Virus record (IMG/VR): IMGVR_UViG_3300027782_000037
Coordinates: 32,001 to 96,000 of that record
Reading direction: 5' to 3' (one strand)
DNA from: a virus
Length of the DNA: 64,000 nucleotides
The notes below the pieces were generated by a model. The model was given only the letters and a program-made list of their open reading frames with translations. It did not search any database and was not told the origin of the DNA. How positions within the stretch are numbered: position 1 is the stretch's first letter; each line of letters opens with the position of its first letter. Below are positions 56,578 through 64,000 of the stretch, one piece after another. A program made the position numbers and the translations under genes.

Positions 56578-59421
56578 TTAAGCCTGGCTTTCTGTCCAAC
56601 CTAAACGAGCATTGACTGTATTGGTTGTGACTGCTGTAATATTGGTAGCACACAATGTCAATACATCTGGGCCATCTGGATACTTGCCTTGATCAGCAGT
56701 GGGTACGTTATTGTTGATACCACCACCTAGAATACTAGTTCCCAAATCCCTAACGCCAAGCAAATCAGTATCAGTTACACCCGGAGTAGTGGTAAAGAAT
56801 CCAAAAATGTTTTCTCCACCTGATATGGTTTGCCCAGCAGTATGAAACGCAATCTGACTCAAGCTGGAGCCGCCAAGGTTTTGAAATGTCCCACCACTAA
56901 CACGACCGTTAAGACGTCCAGTAATTAGTAAAGTCATACCAGTGCCTGTACTGTAAACCCCGCATTGCTTCAACACCAACTGCATACGATTTTGAAGTTC
57001 GCGTATGCCCATTGTACCCACCAGACCTGAATCTACGCTGGGTGCTACACGTAGACTGATTAGGGGTTGTGTGACGCTTGCGCCAATGTTGGCAATGGAG
57101 GTTTGCATACCTGCCACAAACTCAAATTGCTTGTCATCGTCAAATCCACCATCCATAATCACTGAGCTACCCCAGTGATTGATAGCAGGGGCACATTGCG
57201 GACTGTACTGTTCTACTTTGATGGGTGCTGTTGCACTATATGTAAATGTAGTGGCTGATGTGCCGCCAGTTTGTGCTCTAGTTAATCCGGTAAATGTTGT
57301 GGCTGTTTTACCTGTATAAGCTATGTACTCTATAGCACCAGTTGTGGCTGCTGCGGTGACTACTAGTGTGCCTGATGAAGCAAACTGTGTAGTATCGGCT
57401 ACAGTCATGGTTGTTGTCTCAGCTGAACTTAGGGTAGCTGTCAAGTTAGTATAATAAGGCAAACTGCTGGATTCGTATCTTGCCGGTAAGTTACCCGAAC
57501 GGAAATAAGCTTCTGTATTAATGTTGTTGTTTATTATACGATGGCAGTAAATCACTTCACCACGATTATTTTTGAATCCAAATCGCACAGAACCTGCTCC
57601 ATACCAGCTGTAGTCCATGTAGAACATCTGTATTTTGGTAAGATTGATGTTGTAAAAGCTGGCACCTGTACCATCACAACGATCAATGTTCCAGTTGGTC
57701 TGGGAAAAACGTGTGTCTACTGTTCTACTGAGTACACAGTTGGTAGCTGTAGCACCACGATATTCTGGATAGATAGTCATGCTGGTATCAGATGTTATAT
57801 GTTGTACTATATAGCTTTGTCCACGTATTACAACAAAATCACCCGGCTTAAATTCACTGGAAAACTTAGTTACAGTACCAGTAACAGTGGGACTGTCTTG
57901 AGTGAGTGACGATGTTCCAGATGTTTGCAAGGTACTACTGCGCCGCACTACCCACAAAGTTTGTCCATCAAATTCAAAAAATGCTCCATTCTGACTGTCA
58001 AACATGCCTATGCGAATCGGAGCTCCGTACCAAGCGTTGGGTGCTACTGTAATACCGTTGCCGGTAGCAGGTGATGCTGATGGAGTGCTTAAAGCTGTAA
58101 AGGTAAACACATATAAGGTTGTTACTGCGGTAACAGTAAATGTACCATTGTAAGCCGACTGATCAGCTCCAGTAATAGTTACGGTAGCACCTACTCCTAG
58201 CCCATGGCTAAGGCGAGTAGTAACTGTAACTGTGGTACCAGAACTGGTTATGTTGTTTATAGTCAAGTTTGGTTTCATGATACTGCCGGTACTGAACTGT
58301 ATGGCTTTACCAGACTGATAGCGGAACTGTCGTCTTGACTGACGTATAACCTGACTGCCGTGATACGGTAGTTGATTACTGCTTTGAACACCACCATCAA
58401 AAGGTCTATGTTCTATATAACCCAAAGTTCTTGTATAAAGTGAAGCGTTAAGAACTGCGGTGATTGTTCCTGTCGCCGTACAGGCAAAAGTAAATGTGTT
58501 GGCAGTTGGAGTTGTCGCTACTACCCAACTGGAGTTAAGTCTACCAGTAGCACCTGTGGTACCAATTATGAAAATACCACCGCCTACACGTAGTCCATGT
58601 GGATTAGTAGTGGTCACTGTGCCTATAGTACCATTCAATACAATTGCACCGGTGCCAGCAGGAATGGCAGCGCCTGTGAAAAAGTCTGCAATAAACAAAT
58701 AAGTCTTGGTGGCATCAAACAACGCTGCGGCCGGAGCTGTGATCGTGCTGTAGGTAAAGTTGGTGTTGGCAGAAACACTTTCTACTATCCACCATCCGTC
58801 AGCATAGGCCGTATCTAGCGTTCCTTGTATGAATATAGGTCTGCCCACAGTAATACCAGTGGTGTTGTTGATAGTTACTGTGACTGTAGTAGTACTGGCA
58901 GTCACGTTGGTAATTTGATAAGAACCCGAGGCACCACGATATGAGGGTGTGCTGGACACGTTACTGATACCCTGACTGGAATCGTAGAATGATGATGGAC
59001 GATTATTGTACAGAGTCTGACTTTCCCATTTTGTAGGTTGAATACCATATTCAAAGTCTGTGTCAATCATTGCTGTTGGTGTACTAACCCGAAGTTTGTC
59101 TACGGGATCACGATAAGTTTCACTGGCTTTGATTTCTGTGTAGGATTCTTCAACCATGATTGAAATCTTGTCAGTTGAAGTCATGGCCGATGTATTATAA
59201 GCCAGAATAATAGTGGTAGTTTCTAAGCCAGTTGTAGTACTAACCTCATTAGTATAAGAAGTGGCTCCTAAACTAGGATCACTAAAGTTATAAATCACTG
59301 TGTCTGTAGTAGTGTTGGTAATCAACAACAGTTGTTCCCTACGGATATTTTTACCTATAACCTGTACTGTTCTGGTTGAGGGGGTAAAAACATACCGCTC
59401 AATAATTACATTTTTTGCCAT
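56578..59421 (-). CDS. Large virion structural protein with repeated beta-barrel inserts
   Basis: LLITNTT..VIYNFSD, KLRVS.P..MIDTDFEYG.QPTKWE, RQSRRQFRYQSGK, DYSWYGAG, HWGSSVIMDG. Confidence 0.75.
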   Translation of the reverse strand: MAKNVIIERYVFTPSTRTVQVIGKNIRREQLLLITNTTTDTVIYNFSDPSLGATSYTNEVSTTTGLETTTIILAYNTSAMTSTDKISIMVEESYTEIKASETYRDPVDKLRVSTPTAMIDTDFEYGIQPTKWESQTLYNNRPSSFYDSSQGISNVSSTPSYRGASGSYQITNVTASTTTVTVTINNTTGITVGRPIFIQGTLDTAYADGWWIVESVSANTNFTYSTITAPAAALFDATKTYLFIADFFTGAAIPAGTGAIVLNGTIGTVTTTNPHGLRVGGGIFIIGTTGATGRLNSSWVVATTPTANTFTFACTATGTITAVLNASLYTRTLGYIEHRPFDGGVQSSNQLPYHGSQVIRQSRRQFRYQSGKAIQFSTGSIMKPNLTINNITSSGTTVTVTTRLSHGLGVGATVTITGADQSAYNGTFTVTAVTTLYVFTFTALSTPSASPATGNGITVAPNAWYGAPIRIGMFDSQNGAFFEFDGQTLWVVRRSSTLQTSGTSSLTQDSPTVTGTVTKFSSEFKPGDFVVIRGQSYIVQHITSDTSMTIYPEYRGATATNCVLSRTVDTRFSQTNWNIDRCDGTGASFYNINLTKIQMFYMDYSWYGAGSVRFGFKNNRGEVIYCHRIINNNINTEAYFRSGNLPARYESSSLPYYTNLTATLSSAETTTMTVADTTQFASSGTLVVTAAATTGAIEYIAYTGKTATTFTGLTRAQTGGTSATTFTYSATAPIKVEQYSPQCAPAINHWGSSVIMDGGFDDDKQFEFVAGMQTSIANIGASVTQPLISLRVAPSVDSGLVGTMGIRELQNRMQLVLKQCGVYSTGTGMTLLITGRLNGRVSGGTFQNLGGSSLSQIAFHTAGQTISGGENIFGFFTTTPGVTDTDLLGVRDLGTSILGGGINNNVPTADQGKYPDGPDVLTLCATNITAVTTNTVNARLGWTESQA

Positions 59422-59426
59422 TTTTC

Positions 59427-59915
59427 TTAATCTCCTAGTGCGATTGTTTCGGGCGAATACGGATACCTGCGTGTTGATACTGTAGTTGAATTACTTATGA
59501 TAGTTACAGTGGCTTGATCACCAATTGCCGGTGAATTGTAAATGATTAGATTACTACTTACTGAGTCGCTTTTTACCCTGAATCCACGATAAGAATCATA
59601 TGGTGTAAAAAATGGACCTACAAATGGCCAGTCGGCAAGAGTAACATAAGGTGATAATGTTTGTCCACCCACAACAACTTGTAAGTCTGAACTGGATACA
59701 ATACTAGTCACATTAGCCTGTTCATTTCTCAGAGCAAATACCGAGGTAATGTTATCAAATTGATTAGAAATGTTATTTAACATCACAGCGGGTTTTGCAA
59801 CACCGGTTAGCTGGCTACCATTACCAGTTATGTTTCCAGAGGCACTAATATTGACACTAGAGACATCGCCCGTAGGTGCTGATATACCCGTTGTTCCGTC
59901 TATAATAACAGCCAT
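59427..59915 (-). CDS. Virion structural protein
   Basis: MAVIIDGTTGI; GNGSQLTG motif shared with the 63406 gene. Confidence 0.65.
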   Translation of the reverse strand: MAVIIDGTTGISAPTGDVSSVNISASGNITGNGSQLTGVAKPAVMLNNISNQFDNITSVFALRNEQANVTSIVSSSDLQVVVGGQTLSPYVTLADWPFVGPFFTPYDSYRGFRVKSDSVSSNLIIYNSPAIGDQATVTIISNSTTVSTRRYPYSPETIALGD

Positions 59916-59989
59916 TATGTCTTATCCGTGTATAATTGTGCGGCAAAATCAGCGGTACTGTTTACTGACAAATTGTTATAAATGTTCAT
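59915..59989 (-). CDS. 24-aa leader mini-ORF (MNIYNNLSVNSTADFAAQLYTDKT)
   Basis: Late promoter 60008-60013, SD GAGG, and a TAATG overlap with the next gene. Confidence 0.55.
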   Translation of the reverse strand: MNIYNNLSVNSTADFAAQLYTDKT

Positions 59990-60048
59990 TTAAAATCCTC
60001 TTACACTTATTTATTGTTGTTTGCGTTTTTAGTATAAGTTGAAGGGTT

Positions 60049-60291
60049 CTATGTATCAATTGGATTAATTATTGCGGTGGAAGTTGGTCTATCTATAGTC
60101 ATAATACCCTGACAAGTGACATTCCAGTTTTCTGATGTGCCGTCTCGCTCACTCGTACTAGGCACATTTAGCACGAAATGCTTGAACAGGTACTCTTTAC
60201 CATTATTTTCAAACACACGCCAAACGTGTTCTGGTGTTCCTCTTCCCGGTTGCCCTCGTGTTTGATTGAATCTGATCGAATATTTGTTCAT
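60049..60291 (-). CDS. Hypothetical protein
   Basis: 80 aa (IRFNQTRGQPGRGT.EHVWRVFE); ATGA-coupled to the oxygenase. Confidence 0.7.
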   Translation of the reverse strand: MNKYSIRFNQTRGQPGRGTPEHVWRVFENNGKEYLFKHFVLNVPSTSERDGTSENWNVTCQGIMTIDRPTSTAIINPIDT

Positions 60292-60923
60292 ATCACTTCA
60301 ACTTGCGGAAGTTGACAAGATTGATTGTTGGCTATTCTCAGCGCCTGAATGTTGATGTGAACAAACTTAACCAACTCATCAGATTGATTTGCGGTAATAG
60401 AGTGTGCTAACCAAGCCGGAGTCAAAATTAACTGCCCCGCTCGTGGGTTTAGTACTACAAATTTAGAACCATGTGTAACTTGAGTCGTATCTGATTCATC
60501 TAGATCCATTTGAACTTTGCCTGCACGTGGGTCGTGTAAGAGTAGTTGAATGGATTTTTCCGGAACTTCTAAAAAATAAAAACCAACGATTTGATTACCA
60601 TTTCCGTGTGTATGGTGTTCCATGTATGAATGTTTTTCATAGGTTTGAAGCCACATAGATTCATATACAGTTTGGTAATTTTCCATCAAGTAACCTTGAC
60701 GTTTTAAAATGTTCCAAGATGTCTGTAGTATGTATTTTGCAAAATCAAAAATTCTTTCGTCATGAAAAAATGTACCAGACATTTGTTTATTGGATTGGTT
60801 GTGATATTCGGAGTCTTCAGCAACCGTCTTTACCAAATCAACATTGTCTAAATCAAACGCTGAGTATATTGGCGTAGAAAACAGAAGATTTTCATCAAAA
60901 TCATTTTTGTCAATACTATTCAA
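60288..60923 (-). CDS. 2OG-Fe(II) dioxygenase (TIGR02466-like)
   Basis: LFSTPIY, HHTH, GFYFLEVP, HDPR, PAWLAHSI; TTG start. Confidence 0.8.
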   Translation of the reverse strand: MNSIDKNDFDENLLFSTPIYSAFDLDNVDLVKTVAEDSEYHNQSNKQMSGTFFHDERIFDFAKYILQTSWNILKRQGYLMENYQTVYESMWLQTYEKHSYMEHHTHGNGNQIVGFYFLEVPEKSIQLLLHDPRAGKVQMDLDESDTTQVTHGSKFVVLNPRAGQLILTPAWLAHSITANQSDELVKFVHINIQALRIANNQSCQLPQVEVI

Positions 60924-60936
60924 AATTAAATTCTCT

Positions 60937-61221
60937 TTATGGTGCGTTAGATACTGGGTTGGTAATACCTAATTCTGCCATTCTTTGTGCTTCGGCAGCA
61001 ATTTGTTCATCAGTTGGAATCCAACCATAGGATGTCCAGATAGTTTTGTTATACTGTAATTGTAATTCAGAGGTAAATGCATCACCAACCGCAAATGTTT
61101 TGGAATCATCTTGTGCTAGTGTGTCATAAGTTCCTGTTGCTTGAGCAGGAGTTGGTGTTGCCTCTTGAGTAACTATTTGCTTTACAGCACCGTTTTCTAT
61201 GAATAACCAGTTTTTAAACAT
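60937..61221 (-). CDS. Small fibre-associated hypothetical protein (start 61221)
   Basis: MFKNWLFIENGAVKQIV; SD AAGGG. Confidence 0.65.
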   Translation of the reverse strand: MFKNWLFIENGAVKQIVTQEATPTPAQATGTYDTLAQDDSKTFAVGDAFTSELQLQYNKTIWTSYGWIPTDEQIAAEAQRMAELGITNPVSNAP

Positions 61222-61790
61222 TGTGTGTTTCCCTTTTTTAAATTTTCTAAATGTAGTACTTCGTAATTTTGTGGAAGTGCTGAGGTATTTAAATTTACTA
61301 TTTGTAGTACTTCTTCTAGCAAAAGACCCTGTTGTATACACATATCTAGTGCGGGTTTATGCTTTATAATACGTCTTGCGGTTTCTTCACTTAGTCTTCC
61401 TGATGAGAGAATCTGTGACTGTGCCTGTCGCACCAAGCGAAGTTTTAATTCATCAAAAAAATTGATTTCGTACATTTCATCATCTGTTTTACCTGGAATA
61501 CGAGTTTTTTCAGCCTCGTCCGAAAGTGCTGCTTCAAAATCAGTTAAAAAATCAATTTCGTTAACACAATCTTGAATGTTTTTTTGATTGTGTGGTTTAT
61601 TTAATAGATATTGTTTGTACTCGTAAGAATCTTTGTCTAGTGTTGTTTCACTATGTTCTTCACTTAATTCTGCAAGGGCTAATGCTAGTTTTTTTTGTTC
61701 TAGTTGATTACGAACAACTCGTAGCTTTTCCCATACAGTTTCACCCTCTAAATCGTAAATATATTGTGCGTTATGATTTTGTCTTGACAT
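61197..61790 (-). CDS. Helical hypothetical protein, possibly a fibre chaperone
   Basis: 197 aa; late promoter 61817-61822; SD GGAG; directly downstream of the propeller gene. Confidence 0.65.
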   Translation of the reverse strand: MSRQNHNAQYIYDLEGETVWEKLRVVRNQLEQKKLALALAELSEEHSETTLDKDSYEYKQYLLNKPHNQKNIQDCVNEIDFLTDFEAALSDEAEKTRIPGKTDDEMYEINFFDELKLRLVRQAQSQILSSGRLSEETARRIIKHKPALDMCIQQGLLLEEVLQIVNLNTSALPQNYEVLHLENLKKGNTQCLKTGYS

Positions 61791-61851
61791 TTAGTTTATG
61801 CTCCGGTATTGTCAAATATTTAGTGTATGCTTTGTCAAGTGTATATTTAAT

Positions 61852-62871
61852 TTATAGTCCAGCTCCAGCCAGAGCATATCTCGCTGTTCCCGCATTTGTT
61901 TGGCAACCAACTAGTGCTCCGCACGCATTGATACGAGTTACTAAATCAGAAAGACTGCGACCTATTCCACCATAAAACAATCCATTTGCGCCAACCGCAG
62001 CTCCAGCCAGCCCAAATCTTACTGTTCCCACATTTGTTTCAGAACCAACCAGTGCACCACATGCATTGATTCTTGTTACTAGGTTGCTTTGACTGCAGCC
62101 AGAGCCAGCATAAAACAATCCATTTGCACCAACCGCAGCTCCAGCCAAATATCGTCTTGCTGTTCCCACATTAGTTTGCGAACCTACTAGTGCGCCACAG
62201 GCATTAATTCTGGTTACGAGATTGCTGGAGCTACCGCAAATCTGTCCACCATAAAACAATCCGTTTGCACCAACAGTGGCACCAGCAAGACCGATCCTTC
62301 CTGTTCCCACATTTGTTTGGGAACCAACCAGTGCACCACATGCATTGATTCTTGTTACTAGGTTGCTGGCTGTGCCGGTACAGCCAGCATAAAACAATCC
62401 ATTTGCACCAACAGTGGCACCAGCTAGATAATATCTTGCTGTTCCAACATTAGTTTGCGAACCTACTAGTGCGCCACATGCATTGATTCTGGTTGCTAGG
62501 TTAGTGTAGCAACCACCAAATCCACCATAAAATAATCCATTTGATCCTACTTTTGTCCCAGCAGGATATGTTCTTGCTGTTCCCACATTCGTTTGAGAAC
62601 CAACCAGTGCGCCACAAGCATTAATTCTGGTTACTAGGTTGCTGTCAGCAAAGTTAGAGCCAGCATAAAACAATCCCACAGTGGTACCGCTTGACTTACC
62701 ATAAAAGTTAGTAGGCATAGTGATTGCGCCGGTTTCTACACCTGCCAGTGTTCTTACTGTAGCACAGTTCAAACTAATCTGAGTTGTGCCAGTTCCGCCA
62801 AGTTCAAGTTGAACTGACTGTCCTGCGGTAGTTCCGCCTAATGATATTGGACCTGATGCATTTAATGCCAT
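61852..62871 (-). CDS. Six-bladed Kelch-like beta-propeller fibre-tip protein
   Basis: Anchor MALNASGPISLG...FYGKS followed by six 46-47-aa repeats GLFYxG-var-NLVTRINACGALVGSQTNVGTAR-var-LAGA.VGAN. Confidence 0.75.
   Translation of the reverse strand: MALNASGPISLGGTTAGQSVQLELGGTGTTQISLNCATVRTLAGVETGAITMPTNFYGKSSGTTVGLFYAGSNFADSNLVTRINACGALVGSQTNVGTARTYPAGTKVGSNGLFYGGFGGCYTNLATRINACGALVGSQTNVGTARYYLAGATVGANGLFYAGCTGTASNLVTRINACGALVGSQTNVGTGRIGLAGATVGANGLFYGGQICGSSSNLVTRINACGALVGSQTNVGTARRYLAGAAVGANGLFYAGSGCSQSNLVTRINACGALVGSETNVGTVRFGLAGAAVGANGLFYGGIGRSLSDLVTRINACGALVGCQTNAGTARYALAGAGL
61855..62680. repeat. Six tandem 138-141-bp coding repeats
   Basis: Recurring CCATAAAACAATCC and GTGCxCCACAxGCATTxATTC blocks. 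Confidence 0.9.
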
Positions 62872-62880
62872 ATCTTATAC

Positions 62881-63396
62881 CTATGGTGTACCGAACGCAG
62901 TAACGTTATTTGCAGCAATGAGATTTCCGGTGCTGTTCAAACTAAGAATATTTGCTCCACCATAACTGAATACTAATTTTGTGCCAACAGCAGTGATTGT
63001 AAAACCACCAACGACAACAATGTTACCAGCTGTCATATTGTTACCGGTAATATTTCCGGTAGAAGAAATTGCGCCAGCTGTTAAAATATTGCCAGTACTT
63101 GACATTAATCCAGCTGTTAAAATATTTCCGTGTATCGCATTACCAGTACTTGACATTAATCCAGCTGTTAAAATATTTCCGTGTATCGCATTACCAGTAC
63201 TTGACATTAAACCGGCAGTTAAAATATTACCGCCAGTTATGTTGCCACTGGCACTATTCACACCGGTAACCAATAATCCGGTGCTAGTAACAGTAGCGAT
63301 AGATACCGCATTACTTTGCAATACCAAATTACCAGTGAGATCACCAGTTTGGACTAAACTTGTTGTGGTTGAGGTTCCGGCTGATATATTACTCAT
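62881..63396 (-). CDS. Fibre shaft protein with 17-aa repeats
   Basis: GNILTAGLMSSTGNAIH repeats. Confidence 0.75.
   Translation of the reverse strand: MSNISAGTSTTTSLVQTGDLTGNLVLQSNAVSIATVTSTGLLVTGVNSASGNITGGNILTAGLMSSTGNAIHGNILTAGLMSSTGNAIHGNILTAGLMSSTGNILTAGAISSTGNITGNNMTAGNIVVVGGFTITAVGTKLVFSYGGANILSLNSTGNLIAANNVTAFGTP
63074..63232. repeat. 51-bp tandem repeat, also present in the next gene (about 63770-63840)
   Basis: CCAGTACTTGACATTAATCCAGCTGTTAAAATATTTCCGTGTATCGCATTA starting at 63092 and 63143, partial at 63194. Confidence 0.9.
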
Positions 63397-63405
63397 ATTT
63401 TCTCT

Positions 63406-64000
63406 TTAGATAATTACCCAACGTTGCCCAGCGGTAACTGTGACAACTACACCACTATTAGTAGTAATTGGTCCCACACTAAATCCATTTGTACCTGCTG
63501 CTATAGTATAATTAGCTGTTACATTGCTACCGTTAACTAAAATTCCGTTTGTGGCTGCTACAACAGGAGCACTTATTCCAGATGAAGTAAATGTCGCTAC
63601 GTTAGCTGTACCCGCAACACCAACAGTTACATTACCGCCGCTTGTGGTAATGCTTACATTACTTGTACCATTACTTATGTTTGAGCTACTACCAGTACTG
63701 ATACCAGTCAGTTGACTGCCGTTACCCAGTATGAAGCTACCTGTAATATTGCCAGTTGCCGATACAATACCGGCTGTTAAAATATTTCCGTGTATAGCAT
63801 TGCCAGTACTTGACATTAATCCGGCTGTTAGGATATTTCCACCAGTTACGTTACCAGTTACAGATAAATTACTAACAATGCTTATATTACTTGTGGCGTT
63901 ACTTGTTCCTGCTGCTATGGATAACGGATAAAAACTATTAGCACCAATATATAATACGCTGTTGTCAACTTGGTTGATAAAACCACCAGTACCATTTGAT
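63406..64000 (-). CDS. Fibre or structural protein (5' end outside the window)
   Basis: Frame is open to the window edge; GNITG repeats; C-terminal NGFSVGPIT...VTVTAGQRWVII. Confidence 0.75.
   Translation of the reverse strand, partial: SNGTGGFINQVDNSVLYIGANSFYPLSIAAGTSNATSNISIVSNLSVTGNVTGGNILTAGLMSSTGNAIHGNILTAGIVSATGNITGSFILGNGSQLTGISTGSSSNISNGTSNVSITTSGGNVTVGVAGTANVATFTSSGISAPVVAATNGILVNGSNVTANYTIAAGTNGFSVGPITTNSGVVVTVTAGQRWVII

Larger units (their letters stand above)
5715..61822. promoter_or_regulatory. Family of about 19 T4-like late promoters with core TAAATA (variant TAAGTA)
   Basis: Minus strand at 5715, 9713, 10416, 11085, 11993, 13839, 17405, 24944, 26953, 36717, 37231, 40019, 43722, 47016, 54136, 60008, 61817; plus strand at 17439, 43782, 48531. 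Each is oriented toward a downstream start and resembles the T4 gp55 promoter TATAAATA. Confidence 0.8.

Noticed and set aside
9640-61341. Long N-terminal extensions in the ORF track (starts 10206, 28598, 46242, 48497, 48511, 52536, 52825, 56653, 61341)
   Set aside because: They overlap upstream genes or promoters; downstream ATGs have an SD, coupling or promoter support, so starts were corrected.
61852-63232. Regularly spaced repeats resembling a CRISPR array or DGR template/variable repeats
   Set aside because: The repeats are in-frame coding units with synonymous variation. There are no unique spacers, cas genes or reverse transcriptase in the window, and no clear adenine-specific mismatch pattern.
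614-63931. Dozens of + strand ORFs of 60-180 aa in the track (e.g. 12055-12594, 23623-24054, 32024-32503, 47059-47448, 62981-63409)
   Set aside because: They are antisense shadows of well-supported minus-strand genes, with no SD, promoter or recognisable motifs.
1-64000. Stop-codon reassignment
   Set aside because: Core genes are full length in code 11, and TAA, TGA and TAG all appear as true stops.
1-64000. tRNA or rRNA genes
   Set aside because: Intergenic gaps are short and no cloverleaf or T-loop signature was seen by eye; tRNAscan-SE would confirm.

Overview
This 64-kb window is a densely coding segment of a large, AT-rich, T4-like myovirus (probably jumbo-class; the gene set resembles RaK2/GAP32-type and freshwater phages). 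Almost all genes are on the minus strand, and both ends cut through genes. In order it carries: class Ia ribonucleotide reductase (nrdA, nrdB truncated); a beta-helix tailspike-like protein; a PD-(D/E)xK exonuclease; an auxiliary iscU-def-iscA block; a ligase-like nucleotidyltransferase; helicase and primase; a 196-aa fragment of a family-C (DnaE) polymerase; a gp62-like clamp-loader subunit; UvsW-UvsY-UvsX-gp32; the large terminase; a secreted NucA-type nuclease; several probable internal head proteins with T4-like capsid-targeting N-termini; a 1457-aa modular protein; head-completion, tail tube and sheath genes; dNMP kinase, GNAT and DexA-like genes; neck gp13/gp14/gp15; a NUDIX hydrolase; and a glycine-rich or repeat-rich tail-fibre island with a 2OG-Fe(II) oxygenase. 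The iscU/iscA sequences point to a beta- or gammaproteobacterial host (inference). Main signals read from the DNA: (i) many promoters, both sigma70-type and TAAATA late-type, sit 5-7 nt before an ATG with no SD, implying widespread leaderless mRNAs; (ii) the gp15-like gene appears to start at ATT; (iii) two SD-bearing mini-ORFs are coupled by TAATG to the next gene; (iv) a cassette-like array of capsid-tagged proteins includes a candidate ADP-ribosyltransferase; (v) one operon holds both the mini-DnaE and a possible Hint-fold protein. No tRNA, CRISPR array, reverse transcriptase or intron was seen. All functional calls are by motif recognition by eye; no database searches were run.
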